Shown piece after piece: positions 1 to 9,031 of a stretch of 32,953 nt of DNA. The stretch is taken from contig CATXZX010000001.1 of the NCBI GenBank assembly GCA_958404085.1, positions 1-32,953 of the forward strand. The letters run 5' to 3'. The translations under genes were made by a program, and so were the position numbers. This stretch comes from an uncultured Prevotellaceae bacterium (lineage in GTDB: Bacteria > Bacteroidota > Bacteroidia > Bacteroidales > Bacteroidaceae). How positions within the stretch are numbered: position 1 is the stretch's first letter; each line of letters begins with the position of its first letter. The notes under the pieces are model-generated. The model was given only the letters and a program-made list of their open reading frames with translations. It searched no databases and was not told the origin of the DNA.

Positions 1-46
1 TGAATTTCAATTATTTCAAAGAACTCTTATGATTTTTTAGTGGACA

Positions 47-2831
47 CTAATGTTCTAATATGTAGTTTCCTTTGGGCGTATTGGCATATGCAAGTAACAG
101 CAGATGCCATCCCTTTTTCATTTCCACGAAATCCCCGTCAAGAGGTTTTCCGTCTATCAAGCAGAAATCAGGTTTTGTACCTTCCTGTTCAATTCTATAT
201 TTCCCAATCTCCGATGCATACACATATGTCCTGAATATCTGATGACCGCCTTTGTCCAAAATAATAAATCGGTTATCCACCTTTCCTTTCAATCCGTGAT
301 AACCTTGACTTCCCGGATTATCATACACTCCATATTGCCATGAATAACAGTAAGGCTTCCATTCTTGGTCAGAGAGATCTCGAGCCAACAATTGTTCCAA
401 ATCCTCTGTACCCGGGGGTGTAAATGTTTCCATATATGGTGCATATCCATACACCCCACAATCGGATAACGAGGGCATCTTTCCATCCCTTTTTTTCTCG
501 CAGGACGGAACAAATCGGTAAGCAAATTCCCTTGCCTCAGGACCAATCATCTCATTGGTGACAGGCAGGCGAAAATCCCCCCCATTTGTTATTCATGGTA
601 GGTATTATTTCAATATCCCAATCTCCTTCCAACGGAATTTCCGCAACTACGCGGCACTCCGGTTCCTGTCCGTCCTCACAAACCGGTACTCCCGGCGTGA
701 ATACATACAGCCTCGATTCGTTGTATTCCGCGTTATGTCTTATCCACGTCCCCTCTTCTGTCTGTCTGAGAATGGGTACTTCCGTGACTGCTCCGTTCTT
801 GGCATTCCAAAATTCCACCTTTCCCTTGCTCCTGAAGAAAATCTCATCGCCTTTCCTGACATTCATCACCATATAAACATTCCTGTCGCCTATCTTACGG
901 TGCAGCACCTTTCCTTTGCCGCTTTGCACCTGAAAATCGGGGGTGAAAGCATCTGTTATCCGATGGGGAATTGTACTTATATCCGATTCCTGAAATTTGT
1001 TCTCCCTAAAGATTTCATGCAGCATACCCTCAACCATCTCATCATTCTCTCCTGTCCTCGTGGTGGCCTTCGGCAACTCCCCAACTGACAAGACGATGCC
1101 GCCTTCTTTATAGAACTCGTATATCTTCTGTAGGGTTTCATAATGAAGAGCCTTCATATCCGTAAGAATCAGCACCTTATACATCTCACCGGATATATGG
1201 AGTTGTTGGGAACCTATCTCCGCACGCTGCAACGACTGATAATCAATAAAATCATAATCCAACCCGCACTCGCTGAGACAATCCGTCACATTCCAAAGAA
1301 GATTGGCATCCGTTCCCGGATATGCCTGTAGTGTTTCTGTAGGATATAGAACGGCTATATCACATACATGTACACCTTGACTGAGAATAAAACTCATTCT
1401 TTCCGCATATTTCAGCCAAAGTTTCATGTGTGGCCAATAGGGCATACGAAAATGAAAACAAGGGGGTGCCCATTCCCACCATCCGCCATGAGTAGAATAA
1501 TACAATCCATGCATGCAAAGCAGATTTCCTCCGGCAATCATGTGCAAATCCAATTGCGAAGTAAGCCATTCTCCATTACTGTCCCATCCCATACTGTGAA
1601 ACGCTTCCAGCCATGTACGAGGCCGTTTGTACAGGTGTGTTACCGAACTTGACACTTTGGTCTGCCGGAAACTGGAACCTCTTGCAGGAGCATCATTTCC
1701 GGGAGCTGTGAACCAACTAATGGCTCTAAAATAATCCATATATTGCAACGGATCTAATCCGCGACCATTATTGTCGCAGCCATAAATCAGTCCACGTTCG
1801 TTATGCCAATCAAATATTGGCTTGAAATAACGTTCTTCGGCCAACTCCGTAATTACTTGTGCATAATCCAATCTTATTTTAGGAGTTATTTCTCCTATGT
1901 ATTCCCATAAAGCAGGCAGATAAGGCTGAATGTCATATCCTTTCCTATCCTTAAACACCTCTCTCATATCTTCACACCACGAATGGATGTTTAGGTCATA
2001 GTGCAATTCATCTTGAAAAAAGTAGTTTAAACCTTTCTTCCCCTGTGCATCCAGTTTGTTTTCAAAACGGTTGAAATAAGCTTCCACTATTTCTTTCCCA
2101 TATTGGGGATGGAGTTCTGGAGATGCCGTGGTATAGACAATATATACCTTCACTTCTTTCTTATCCAATTGAGATTTCCATTGTAGTCGCCCGTTTTCTA
2201 CGTATCCACCCAAATCCATCTTACCGGGATATGCCATGACAGAAAGGACATACCCAGGAAGCTCTACATTCAATTGCTCGCCAGGAAGAACGGTATAGTC
2301 CTTACAATGCAACCGTCCCTGATAGTTCAAGAAACCAGGTTTGCTTAGCACTTCATCCACATAGTAACCATTCTTGGCCCATCCTACGACATAATCATCC
2401 AAACCTAAGCCGATGTTCCGTTTGGCGCATTCACCGGAAAACCTGTTCTACAACTGCCACCACTCGTCCGTATAGAATCCAGGGATTCCGGCATCCGCCT
2501 TTCCAAAACCGCCATACCCGTGCGCATTGAGTTCCACGTCAACCTTCGGATGAGTATGGATATAACTTACCGACAGGCCATCCGTAGAAGCCTCACTTAG
2601 GATAGAAAGTTGTTCCATCAGCCGTTCATACTTCAAGGAATCCCCGTTCCACCAATAAAAAGGGACATTCCCATATCCTTTGGGAGGATTTTGAAAGTTA
2701 GACTGTAAATCAATCTCCCCGCTCCGGGAAGGGTATCCCTGATATTTTAGTGGCTGGGCATAAATTACCCAATATGAGAACCCAAAGATTGCCAATACGA
2801 TATATCTGTTCATTGCCATAATATTACCCAC
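47..2831 (-). pseudogene. Disrupted glycoside hydrolase, GH106 (alpha-L-rhamnosidase)/GH2-like family, split into ORFs 2448-2831, 552-2402 and 47-550
   Basis: Signal-peptide-like N-terminus, FQNPPKGYG..PFYWWNGD, FFQDEL, WLEAFHSMGW, HGLYYSTHGGWWEWAPP..HFRMPYW and DIAVLYP motifs typical of this family. ORFs 1 and 2 are in the same frame separated by one TAG at 2448-2450 (WWQL*NRFSGECAKRNIGLGLDDY). Removing one base from the C7 run at 577-583 joins ORF2 to ORF3 (NKWGDFRLPVTNEMIGPEA). Confidence 0.8.
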
Positions 2832-2832
2832 C

Positions 2833-3591
2833 TCAATGTTTCAACCATTTCTTCCTGTTGACGGATTTTATCCATATGTCAGCCATCCGCCGATGACCGG
2901 CAGCAGTCGGATGAATTCCATCCCATATCCAATAAGTATCTTGAGCATCCGGATACATCTCTATTAAGTTCGCAAAGAGCTGATTAAAGGGCAGATATAC
3001 AGCATTGTAATCCTTTGCTATCTGCTTCACAACTTCTGCACACTCATGTATCAATGTTTCACGCTCTTTATAATTCGTTGTTTTCCGCATATTCCCGGTA
3101 TTCGCTACGAAGGGAGCACATAATATCAATTTCAGATGGGGATTCATGGAAAGAGAAGCGTCCAGTAATTTGCAGTAACGTTCTCTCCATTCCTCAAAGT
3201 CAAAAGAGCCGCCGCCGCTCTTCAAGAACACATTAATATCATTTGTTCCTATCAAGACCGACAGAACATCCGGCTTTATGTCAATGGCATCCTTCTGCCA
3301 GCGTTTTTCCAAATCGGCCAGCGTATTTCCACTGATTCCGCGATTGTAAAATTCATATTCCCGTGAAGGATATTTCCCTTGATAATGTGCTGCACATAAG
3401 TACATATATCCATGCCCATAGATATGGTTCATATCCCAAAGGGTGCGTTCTGACGAAGGTTTTGCTCCGCCGCCACTGTTTCCCCAAGCACCATCGGTTA
3501 TGGAATCACCAATAAACAAGACCTTTTTTCCTGCCAAAGCTACCGATGGCAGGAAAAATATCAATAAAACGATAAATTTCAACTTCTTCAT
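2833..3591 (-). CDS. SGNH/GDSL-family hydrolase (lipase/acetylesterase), secreted
   Basis: Blocks GDSIT, NRGISGN, IGTND and DGIHP; signal peptide MKKLKFIVLLIFFLPSVALA; stop abuts the start of the GH gene. Confidence 0.92.
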   Translation of the reverse strand: MKKLKFIVLLIFFLPSVALAGKKVLFIGDSITDGAWGNSGGGAKPSSERTLWDMNHIYGHGYMYLCAAHYQGKYPSREYEFYNRGISGNTLADLEKRWQKDAIDIKPDVLSVLIGTNDINVFLKSGGGSFDFEEWRERYCKLLDASLSMNPHLKLILCAPFVANTGNMRKTTNYKERETLIHECAEVVKQIAKDYNAVYLPFNQLFANLIEMYPDAQDTYWIWDGIHPTAAGHRRMADIWIKSVNRKKWLKH

Positions 3592-3680
3592 AGATTCTCT
3601 TGTAATTTTATATTTATTTTTTAGTAGATGGCAAAAATTAATTTTTGTCAGTTATATGGTTGATTTTTAATTAGTTATTA

Positions 3681-3712
3681 CTTGTAAAAGTCCCTGAAAA
3701 TTAGTAACTTTA
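3681..3712 (+). promoter_or_regulatory. Putative transposase promoter (-33/-7 type)
   Basis: CTTG (3681-3684), 20-nt spacer, TAACTTTA (3705-3712), close to Bacteroidetes TTTG-N19-21-TAnnTTTG. Confidence 0.4.
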
Positions 3713-3736
3713 AAGAAAAGTTTGACCGCTTTTTCC

Positions 3737-4843
3737 ATGAAAGTTACAACAACTCCCGGGGACTGCGACAAAGTTAATCAAATCGTCCCGATTATGCAAG
3801 AGCATCTTGGCCCGGTAATGAATTTGGCCCGCATAAAATTGCTTGCGTTTGTTCTTCACGCCCTTTGTGTTGTGCAGACAGTCAGTCTCCACAAGATAGC
3901 ATCTGCAATGCCTACGTGTGTGGAGCGTGATTCCAACCTGCGCCGTCTGCAAAGGTTCCTTGCCGGATATGCCCTCAACCTTGACCTTATCGCCAAAGTG
4001 ATATTTGCTCTTCTGCCCGTCAAGACAGGACTGGTCCTGAGCCTTGACCGCACCAACTGGAAATTCGGTGAGGTCAACATCAATATCCTTATGCTTGGTG
4101 TCACTTACAAGGGTGTTGCCTTTCCTCTGCTCTTTACCATGCTCGACAAACGCGGCAATTCCAATTGGAAAGAACGGACGCGGCTGATTGATAGATTTAT
4201 ACGGTTGTTCGGAGCCGAGTGTATCGACTCTCTTGTTGCCGACCGCGAGTTTGTCGGCAAGGAATGGGTCGAATATCTCAACAACAGACGCATCCGATAC
4301 TATCTGCGGATTAAACAGAATTTTTGGTTGCGCAATCCCAAATCCTGCCAGGATGTCAGGGCGTGGCATCTGTTTCACGGTCTTAAGCCCGGACAGGAAC
4401 GTGTCTACGACAAGCTGTTTCTCCTCAAAGGGGAATATGTCTATATTTCCGGAGCCTTGCTGAAAAACTCCGATGGCGTGCCTGAACTGCAAATTCTGAT
4501 TTGTTATAACCGCCCCGAAGAGGCCGTTGCCACTTACAAACAACGATGGCAGATTGAGACATGCTTCAGAGCTATGAAATCCTCCGGCTTCAACATCGAG
4601 GACACCCACCTGCGCGACATCGACCGCATCGCTCGTCTTACGGCGATGGTCTGTATTGCATTGGCGTGGGCGTATCTTGTTGGTGAACATAAGGATATCA
4701 ATGTAAAAGCTATCAGAATATTGAAACACGGCAAGAGAGCCAAATCACTAATCAAGTATGGTCTGGAAGAAATCGCAAACGTTCTTCTAAGACCGCTCTA
4801 CAAGCCGAAATTCGATGTGTTCAAATTTTTGTCATGTACTTAA
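3737..4843 (+). CDS. IS4-family DDE transposase (DDE_Tnp_1)
   Basis: SLDRTNW (D), VADREF (D), Y-KQ-RWQIETCFRAMKS (YREK signature); ATG at 3737 preferred over TTG at 3722. Confidence 0.93.
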   Translation: MKVTTTPGDCDKVNQIVPIMQEHLGPVMNLARIKLLAFVLHALCVVQTVSLHKIASAMPTCVERDSNLRRLQRFLAGYALNLDLIAKVIFALLPVKTGLVLSLDRTNWKFGEVNINILMLGVTYKGVAFPLLFTMLDKRGNSNWKERTRLIDRFIRLFGAECIDSLVADREFVGKEWVEYLNNRRIRYYLRIKQNFWLRNPKSCQDVRAWHLFHGLKPGQERVYDKLFLLKGEYVYISGALLKNSDGVPELQILICYNRPEEAVATYKQRWQIETCFRAMKSSGFNIEDTHLRDIDRIARLTAMVCIALAWAYLVGEHKDINVKAIRILKHGKRAKSLIKYGLEEIANVLLRPLYKPKFDVFKFLSCT

Positions 4844-4862
4844 ATTTACGGTAAAAGGATAT

Positions 4863-4905
4863 AAAAAGCGACTGACAAGCTTATTTTACCGCTTATCAAT
4901 CGCTT
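4863..4905 (-). terminator. Rho-independent terminator after the DUF2795 gene
   Basis: Minus-strand stem AAGCGATTGATAAGC/GCTTGTCAGTCGCTT (two G-U pairs) followed by a T run. Confidence 0.6.
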
Positions 4906-4945
4906 GCATATTAGTTATTTATATCTTAAAATCGGGTGTTTTATA

Positions 4946-5167
4946 TCAATACTCATCCTCGTTGAAGAGAAAATCTTCTTTCGTAGGATAGTCGGGCCAT
5001 ACGTCTTCAATCGTTTCGTAGATCTCTCCTTCATCTTCTAACTCCTGAAGGTTTTCGATGACCTCAAGCGGGGCTCCCGAACGCGTGGCGTAGTCTATTA
5101 ATTCATCTTTTGATGCAGGCCAGGGTGCATCTTCCAGTTTAGAGGCCAATTCCAACGTCCAATACAT
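4946..5167 (-). CDS. DUF2795 domain small acidic protein (73 aa)
   Basis: MYWTLELASKLEDAPWPASKDELIDYA..SGAPLEV, a highly conserved Bacteroidetes protein; ATG at 5167; TATTTTTG -7 element at 5221-5214. Confidence 0.9.
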   Translation of the reverse strand: MYWTLELASKLEDAPWPASKDELIDYATRSGAPLEVIENLQELEDEGEIYETIEDVWPDYPTKEDFLFNEDEY

Positions 5168-5229
5168 AGTTTTTCCTTTTTGTTTTAGTCTAAGTCTTTT
5201 CTGAAAGACCCGACAAAAATACAATATTT

Positions 5230-5799
5230 CTACAAATCTCTATGTCTCTGCCAGATTATTTCGTCTGTGTTAGCGTTAAAATTTGCTTTTCTCGCAAGAA
5301 TGAACAGAAAATCGGACAAACGGTTGATATAGGAAAGAATTTCTTCGGCTATTGTGGCTTCCTTGGCGAGTGACAGAATCCGTCGTTCCGCCCTGCGGCA
5401 AACGGTTCTGCATACATGGCATTGTGCGGAAACTACATTACCGGCCGGAAGGATAAATGCACGCAATGCGGGAAGGTTCTCATCCAATTCATCGATGGCT
5501 TGTTCGAGTCTTGCCAGTGTGCCACTCAGGTATTCGGTGTCCGTTTTCGCCTTGTCCTGCTGTTCGGGCGTGGCCAAAACGGCCCCTATATTAAAGAGCG
5601 TGTGCTGAATGTTCAACAACATCTGTTTTTCTTCGCCTTCTGTCCATAGGGCTTGCAGCAATCCCAAGTGTGCGTTTAGTTCGTCTACTGTTCCGTATGC
5701 CTCCAGACGGATATGGTCTTTCGGTACACGTTGTCCGTTAGCCAACGATGTTGTTCCGCTGTCTCCTGTGCGTGTATATATTTTGCTTTTCTGTGTCAT
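5230..5799 (-). CDS. ATP:cob(I)alamin adenosyltransferase, PduO type
   Basis: KIYTRTGDSGTT, AYGTVDELNA, CRTVCRRAER, YINRLSDFLF motifs; start reassigned to ATG 5799 (MTQKSKIY). Confidence 0.93.
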   Translation of the reverse strand: MTQKSKIYTRTGDSGTTSLANGQRVPKDHIRLEAYGTVDELNAHLGLLQALWTEGEEKQMLLNIQHTLFNIGAVLATPEQQDKAKTDTEYLSGTLARLEQAIDELDENLPALRAFILPAGNVVSAQCHVCRTVCRRAERRILSLAKEATIAEEILSYINRLSDFLFILARKANFNANTDEIIWQRHRDL

Positions 5800-5818
5800 A
5801 TTTGTTTTTGGAAAAAGG

Positions 5819-6445
5819 TTAGAAGTTGACGATATAATGTTGTTTCTGTATATTCCCGTTGTAAAAAATAACGCCGATGTCATACAGGTCGAATGTGACT
5901 CCCGCGTTCTGTTTTTCGATACATTGTTTCCAACTGTACCGTATTCGGGTATTACGGTGTATGCCGCACCAGGTGGTTACGGCGTGGGCCGGAGCTTTTT
6001 TCTCCATTAGGTCAAGAAGTTCCTTAGGGCTTTCGGATGATGAAAGGCAGAGCATGTCGGGTACTGTGCAGGTGGCTATTGCCTGCCGGCAAGCCGCTTT
6101 GTCGGGTAAAATCCGGATACAGGCGTTCGGACGGGCCGCTTTCAGGTATTCGATAGTCGGTGAATCCTCCTTACCGTAGAACCAGATAGTTTTCGGAACA
6201 GCGTAATTGGCAATGCGGAACAACAATTTGTCGATACGTTCCGCATGGTGTTTTGTGATAGATAAGCGGTTGCTGTTGCGGAGTTCGTGCAGATGTTTGT
6301 AAGCGTAGTATGTGCCTTGTTCGTAGAACACACCTTTTATCAGATTATAGGCGAATGGGGAGTGAACCCCGTAGCCACGCCGATGTCGGAACCGGCATAA
6401 CCAAATATAAGTACGTAGCAGAATAAATCCTATGTCATGAATCAT
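5819..6445 (-). CDS. Conserved Bacteroidetes hypothetical protein (possible degenerate SAM-methyltransferase-like fold)
   Basis: RFRHRRGYGVHSPFAY N-terminal and TFDLYDIGVIF..KQHYIVNF C-terminal motifs of a conserved family. Confidence 0.7.
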   Translation of the reverse strand: MIHDIGFILLRTYIWLCRFRHRRGYGVHSPFAYNLIKGVFYEQGTYYAYKHLHELRNSNRLSITKHHAERIDKLLFRIANYAVPKTIWFYGKEDSPTIEYLKAARPNACIRILPDKAACRQAIATCTVPDMLCLSSSESPKELLDLMEKKAPAHAVTTWCGIHRNTRIRYSWKQCIEKQNAGVTFDLYDIGVIFYNGNIQKQHYIVNF

Positions 6446-6450
6446 ATCTC

Positions 6451-6458
6451 CAAAGGTA
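6451..6458 (-). promoter_or_regulatory. -7 promoter element for the 6445 gene
   Basis: TACCTTTG on minus strand, 5 nt before the ATG. Confidence 0.55.
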
Positions 6459-6538
6459 AGTATTTTTATAGGAATAAGAAATGTTCAGCGTTGTAAAGCG
6501 ATAAAAGTGTTAAAGATATACGCTTTCTTTTGTTTTTT

Positions 6539-6570
6539 CTTGGATATTTCGGAACCATTCCCTATCTTTG
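6539..6570 (+). promoter_or_regulatory. Primary-sigma promoter of the sRNA candidate
   Basis: CTTG 6539-6542, 20-nt spacer, TATCTTTG 6563-6570. Confidence 0.7.
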
Positions 6571-6574
6571 CAAT

Positions 6575-6637
6575 GTGTTTTTCATAGTATTAGATTTAAG
6601 GTTAACAAGGTCGGGACACAGCGGTGTCCCATTTTTT
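6575..6637 (+). ncRNA. Candidate stand-alone small RNA (~63 nt)
   Basis: Promoter immediately upstream; AU-rich body GTGTTTTTCATAGTATTAGATTTAAGGTTAAC; terminator GGGACAC-AGCG-GTGTCCC-ATTTTTT at 6613-6637; no ORF fits inside. Confidence 0.7.
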
Positions 6638-6751
6638 ATGCCCTAACGTTAGGTCTTTGTGTCATCTTAGTTCCTGATGCTGGGAATTCGGTACTGCACC
6701 GATGTCGCGTACAAGGCACAAAATGTGATTTTTCTTATTCTTCCTATCCAT

Positions 6752-6793
6752 AAAAACGGAGAGCAGGTTTTTTCAGGCCTGTTCTCCGTTTTT
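6752..6793. terminator. Bidirectional intrinsic terminator downstream of glnA
   Basis: AAAAACGGAGAGCAGG ... CCTGTTCTCCGTTTTT hairpin with A/T tails on both sides, 27 nt past the glnA stop. Confidence 0.8.
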
Positions 6794-6820
6794 CATTCTG
6801 TGGTTCTGTTCAGAAGTCCG

Positions 6821-9010
6821 TTACCGGATGAATAACAGTTCGCGGTATTTGGGCAATGTCCAGATGCGGTCGTCTACAATCAGTTCCAGTTTGTCAATGT
6901 GATAACGGATTTCTTCCAGCATCGGTACGATGTTGTCGTGGTAAGCGATGGCCTTTTCGCGTTCGCAGTCGAGGCGGTTCGCCGTTTTCCGTGCTTCTGT
7001 CATACGGTCCACATGCTCTTTGATGAAGGCCGTATGCTGCGAAATTTCTTCAATCAGTTCAACGTTCTGTTTGGTCAGCGCCTCGCCTTTTTCGGACGTA
7101 AAGAGATTTCTCAGTTTGTATACATTATTAATTAAGGTGGTCTGGTAGGCCGTCGCAACCGGGATGATGTGGTTCATAGCCAGGTCACCTAATACGCGCG
7201 ATTCAATCTGAATCTTTTTCGTATACATTTCCCATTTTACCTCGTTGCGGGCTTCCAGTTCCTTACGGGTCATGACGTTTGCCGCCTCGAACATGCGGAT
7301 GCTCGTTTCTTTCAGGTAGTTGTCGAAAATCAGGGGAACACTTGTTTCGCAGTCGAGGCCACGGCATTCAGCCTCTTGTTTCCATTCTTCGCTGTAACCG
7401 TTACCTTCGAAGCAGATGGGTTTGCATATTTTCAGGTATTTGCGGATGACTTCCAGGATGGCTTCGTATTTTGTCTTGCCGCTGGCAATCATGGCGTCCA
7501 CATCTTTCTTGAACGTACCCAACTGTTCGGCTACGGCCGTGTTGAGGGCTATCATGGCGCTGGCACAGTTGGCTTCCGAGCCCACGGCACGGAATTCGAA
7601 ACGGTTTCCGGTAAAGGCGAATGGGCTGGTACGGTTACGGTCGGTGTTGTCTATCAGTAGTTCCGGAATCTGGGGAATGTCGAGGCGCATTTCCTGCTTG
7701 CCGGCCAGACTCATCAGGTCTTCGGTCGTGCTGTCTTCGATGTGGTTCAGTACTTCGCTGAGCTGTTTACCCAAGAAACAGGATATGATGGCGGGCGGTG
7801 CCTCGTTGGCTCCCAGACGGTGGGCATTCGTCGCACTCGAGATGCTGGCTTTCAGCAGCCCGTTGTGGTGGTATACAGCCATCATCGTGTTGACAATGAA
7901 TGTAACGAAGCGCAGGTTTGCCTCGGGGGTCTTGCCCGGTGCGTAGAGCAGTACACCCGTGTCGGTACCCAGCGACCAGTTGTTGTGCTTTCCGCTTCCG
8001 TTCACGCCTTTGAAGGGTTTTTCGTGCAACAGGACGCGGAAACTGTGTTTACGCGCCACTTTGCGCATGAGCGACATGATGAGCAGGTTGTGGTCGTTGG
8101 CCAGGTTACATTCTTCAAAGATGGGAGCCAACTCAAACTGGTTGGGTGCCACCTCGTTGTGGCGTGTCTTGACCGGAATGCCCAATTTGAGCGCTTCAAT
8201 CTCGAGTTCTTTCATGAATGCGGCAACGCGGTCGGGTATGGCGCCGAAGTAGTGGTCCTCCAGCTGCTGGTTCTTGGACGATTCGTGTCCCATCAGCGTG
8301 CGGCCGGTCAGCAACAGGTCGGGGCGGGCTGCATAGAGTCCTTCGTCTACCAGGAAATACTCCTGTTCCCATCCCAGGTAAGCTATGACTTTTTTGACCG
8401 ACGGATCGAAGTAGTGGCATACATCCACAGCGGCTTTGTCTACCGCGCGCAATGCTTTCAGGAGCGGTGCCTTGTAGTCGAGCGATTCTCCCGTATAGGC
8501 AATGAATATGGTCGGTATGCAGAGCGTGTCGTCAACGATGAATGCAGGCGAAGAGGGGTCCCAGGCCGAATAGCCGCGTGCCTCGAACGTGTTGCGGATG
8601 CCTCCGTTCGGGAAAGAAGATGCGTCCGGCTCCTGTTGGATGAGCAGTTTGCCGTTGAATTCCTCCAGCATGCCTCCTTCGCCGTCGGGCTCTACAAATG
8701 CGTCATGCTTTTCGGCCGTACCTTCCGTCAGAGGGGCAAACCAGTGGGTGTAGTGGGTGGCTCCCATATCTGTTGCCCAGCGTTTCATGCCGTTGGCCAC
8801 CTCGTTGGCTATGCTCCGGTCGAGCTGCGCTCCGTTGTCGATGACGTCAATCAACCGTAAATAGACCTTTTGAGGCAGGTACTTGTACATTTTTTCGCGG
8901 TTGAACACATACTTGGCAAAGTACGCCGAAGGGCGTTCTTCCGGAATGGCCACGTCAATCGGTTTCTTCTTGAAAGCCGTTTCTACTACTCTAAATCTTA
9001 ACTCGGACAT
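6821..9010 (-). CDS. glnA: Glutamine synthetase type III
   Basis: 729 aa; GSIII motifs ATHYTHWF, AEKHDAF, EPDASSFPNGG, HNEVAPNQFE, HEKPFKGVNGSGKHNNW, DRNRTSPFAFTGNRFEFR. Confidence 0.97.
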   Translation of the reverse strand: MSELRFRVVETAFKKKPIDVAIPEERPSAYFAKYVFNREKMYKYLPQKVYLRLIDVIDNGAQLDRSIANEVANGMKRWATDMGATHYTHWFAPLTEGTAEKHDAFVEPDGEGGMLEEFNGKLLIQQEPDASSFPNGGIRNTFEARGYSAWDPSSPAFIVDDTLCIPTIFIAYTGESLDYKAPLLKALRAVDKAAVDVCHYFDPSVKKVIAYLGWEQEYFLVDEGLYAARPDLLLTGRTLMGHESSKNQQLEDHYFGAIPDRVAAFMKELEIEALKLGIPVKTRHNEVAPNQFELAPIFEECNLANDHNLLIMSLMRKVARKHSFRVLLHEKPFKGVNGSGKHNNWSLGTDTGVLLYAPGKTPEANLRFVTFIVNTMMAVYHHNGLLKASISSATNAHRLGANEAPPAIISCFLGKQLSEVLNHIEDSTTEDLMSLAGKQEMRLDIPQIPELLIDNTDRNRTSPFAFTGNRFEFRAVGSEANCASAMIALNTAVAEQLGTFKKDVDAMIASGKTKYEAILEVIRKYLKICKPICFEGNGYSEEWKQEAECRGLDCETSVPLIFDNYLKETSIRMFEAANVMTRKELEARNEVKWEMYTKKIQIESRVLGDLAMNHIIPVATAYQTTLINNVYKLRNLFTSEKGEALTKQNVELIEEISQHTAFIKEHVDRMTEARKTANRLDCEREKAIAYHDNIVPMLEEIRYHIDKLELIVDDRIWTLPKYRELLFIR

Positions 9011-9031
9011 AAATCTGTATTTTTGATGTGA

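Larger units (their letters stand above)
3620..4843 (+). mobile_element. IS4-family insertion sequence (~1.22 kb)
   Basis: IRL 3620-3639 TTTAGTAGATGGCAAAAATT vs reverse complement of IRR 4824-4843 TTAAGTACATGACAAAAATT (17/20 identical), flanking a DDE transposase whose stop codon lies in IRR. No convincing target duplication found. Confidence 0.85.

Noticed and set aside
47..2450. TAG recoding or readthrough (two TAGs in the GH gene)
   Set aside because: The gene also has a frameshift, the frame closes again shortly after the TAG at 47-49, and TAG is a normal stop for the PduO-type gene (5230-5232); decay is simpler
3674..3690. Alternative left IR for the IS
   Set aside because: Only 10/17 match to IRR versus 17/20 at 3620-3639
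3710..4729. 339-aa ORF antisense to the transposase
   Set aside because: Exact codon-register shadow of the transposase, open only because TTA/CTA/TCA codons are avoided; no recognisable motifs
6562..6585. 7-codon minus-strand ORF MKNTLQR* as a leader peptide
   Set aside because: No supporting minus-strand promoter or attenuator, and the downstream gene has its own promoter
6642..6653. Perfect 12-bp palindrome CCTAACGTTAGG
   Set aside because: A few such palindromes are expected by chance in 33 kb and it is not near a promoter
6568..6753. 61-aa ORF MQCVFHSIRFKVNK...
   Set aside because: Its TTG start lies inside the -7 promoter element and it runs through a terminator; better explained as the sRNA
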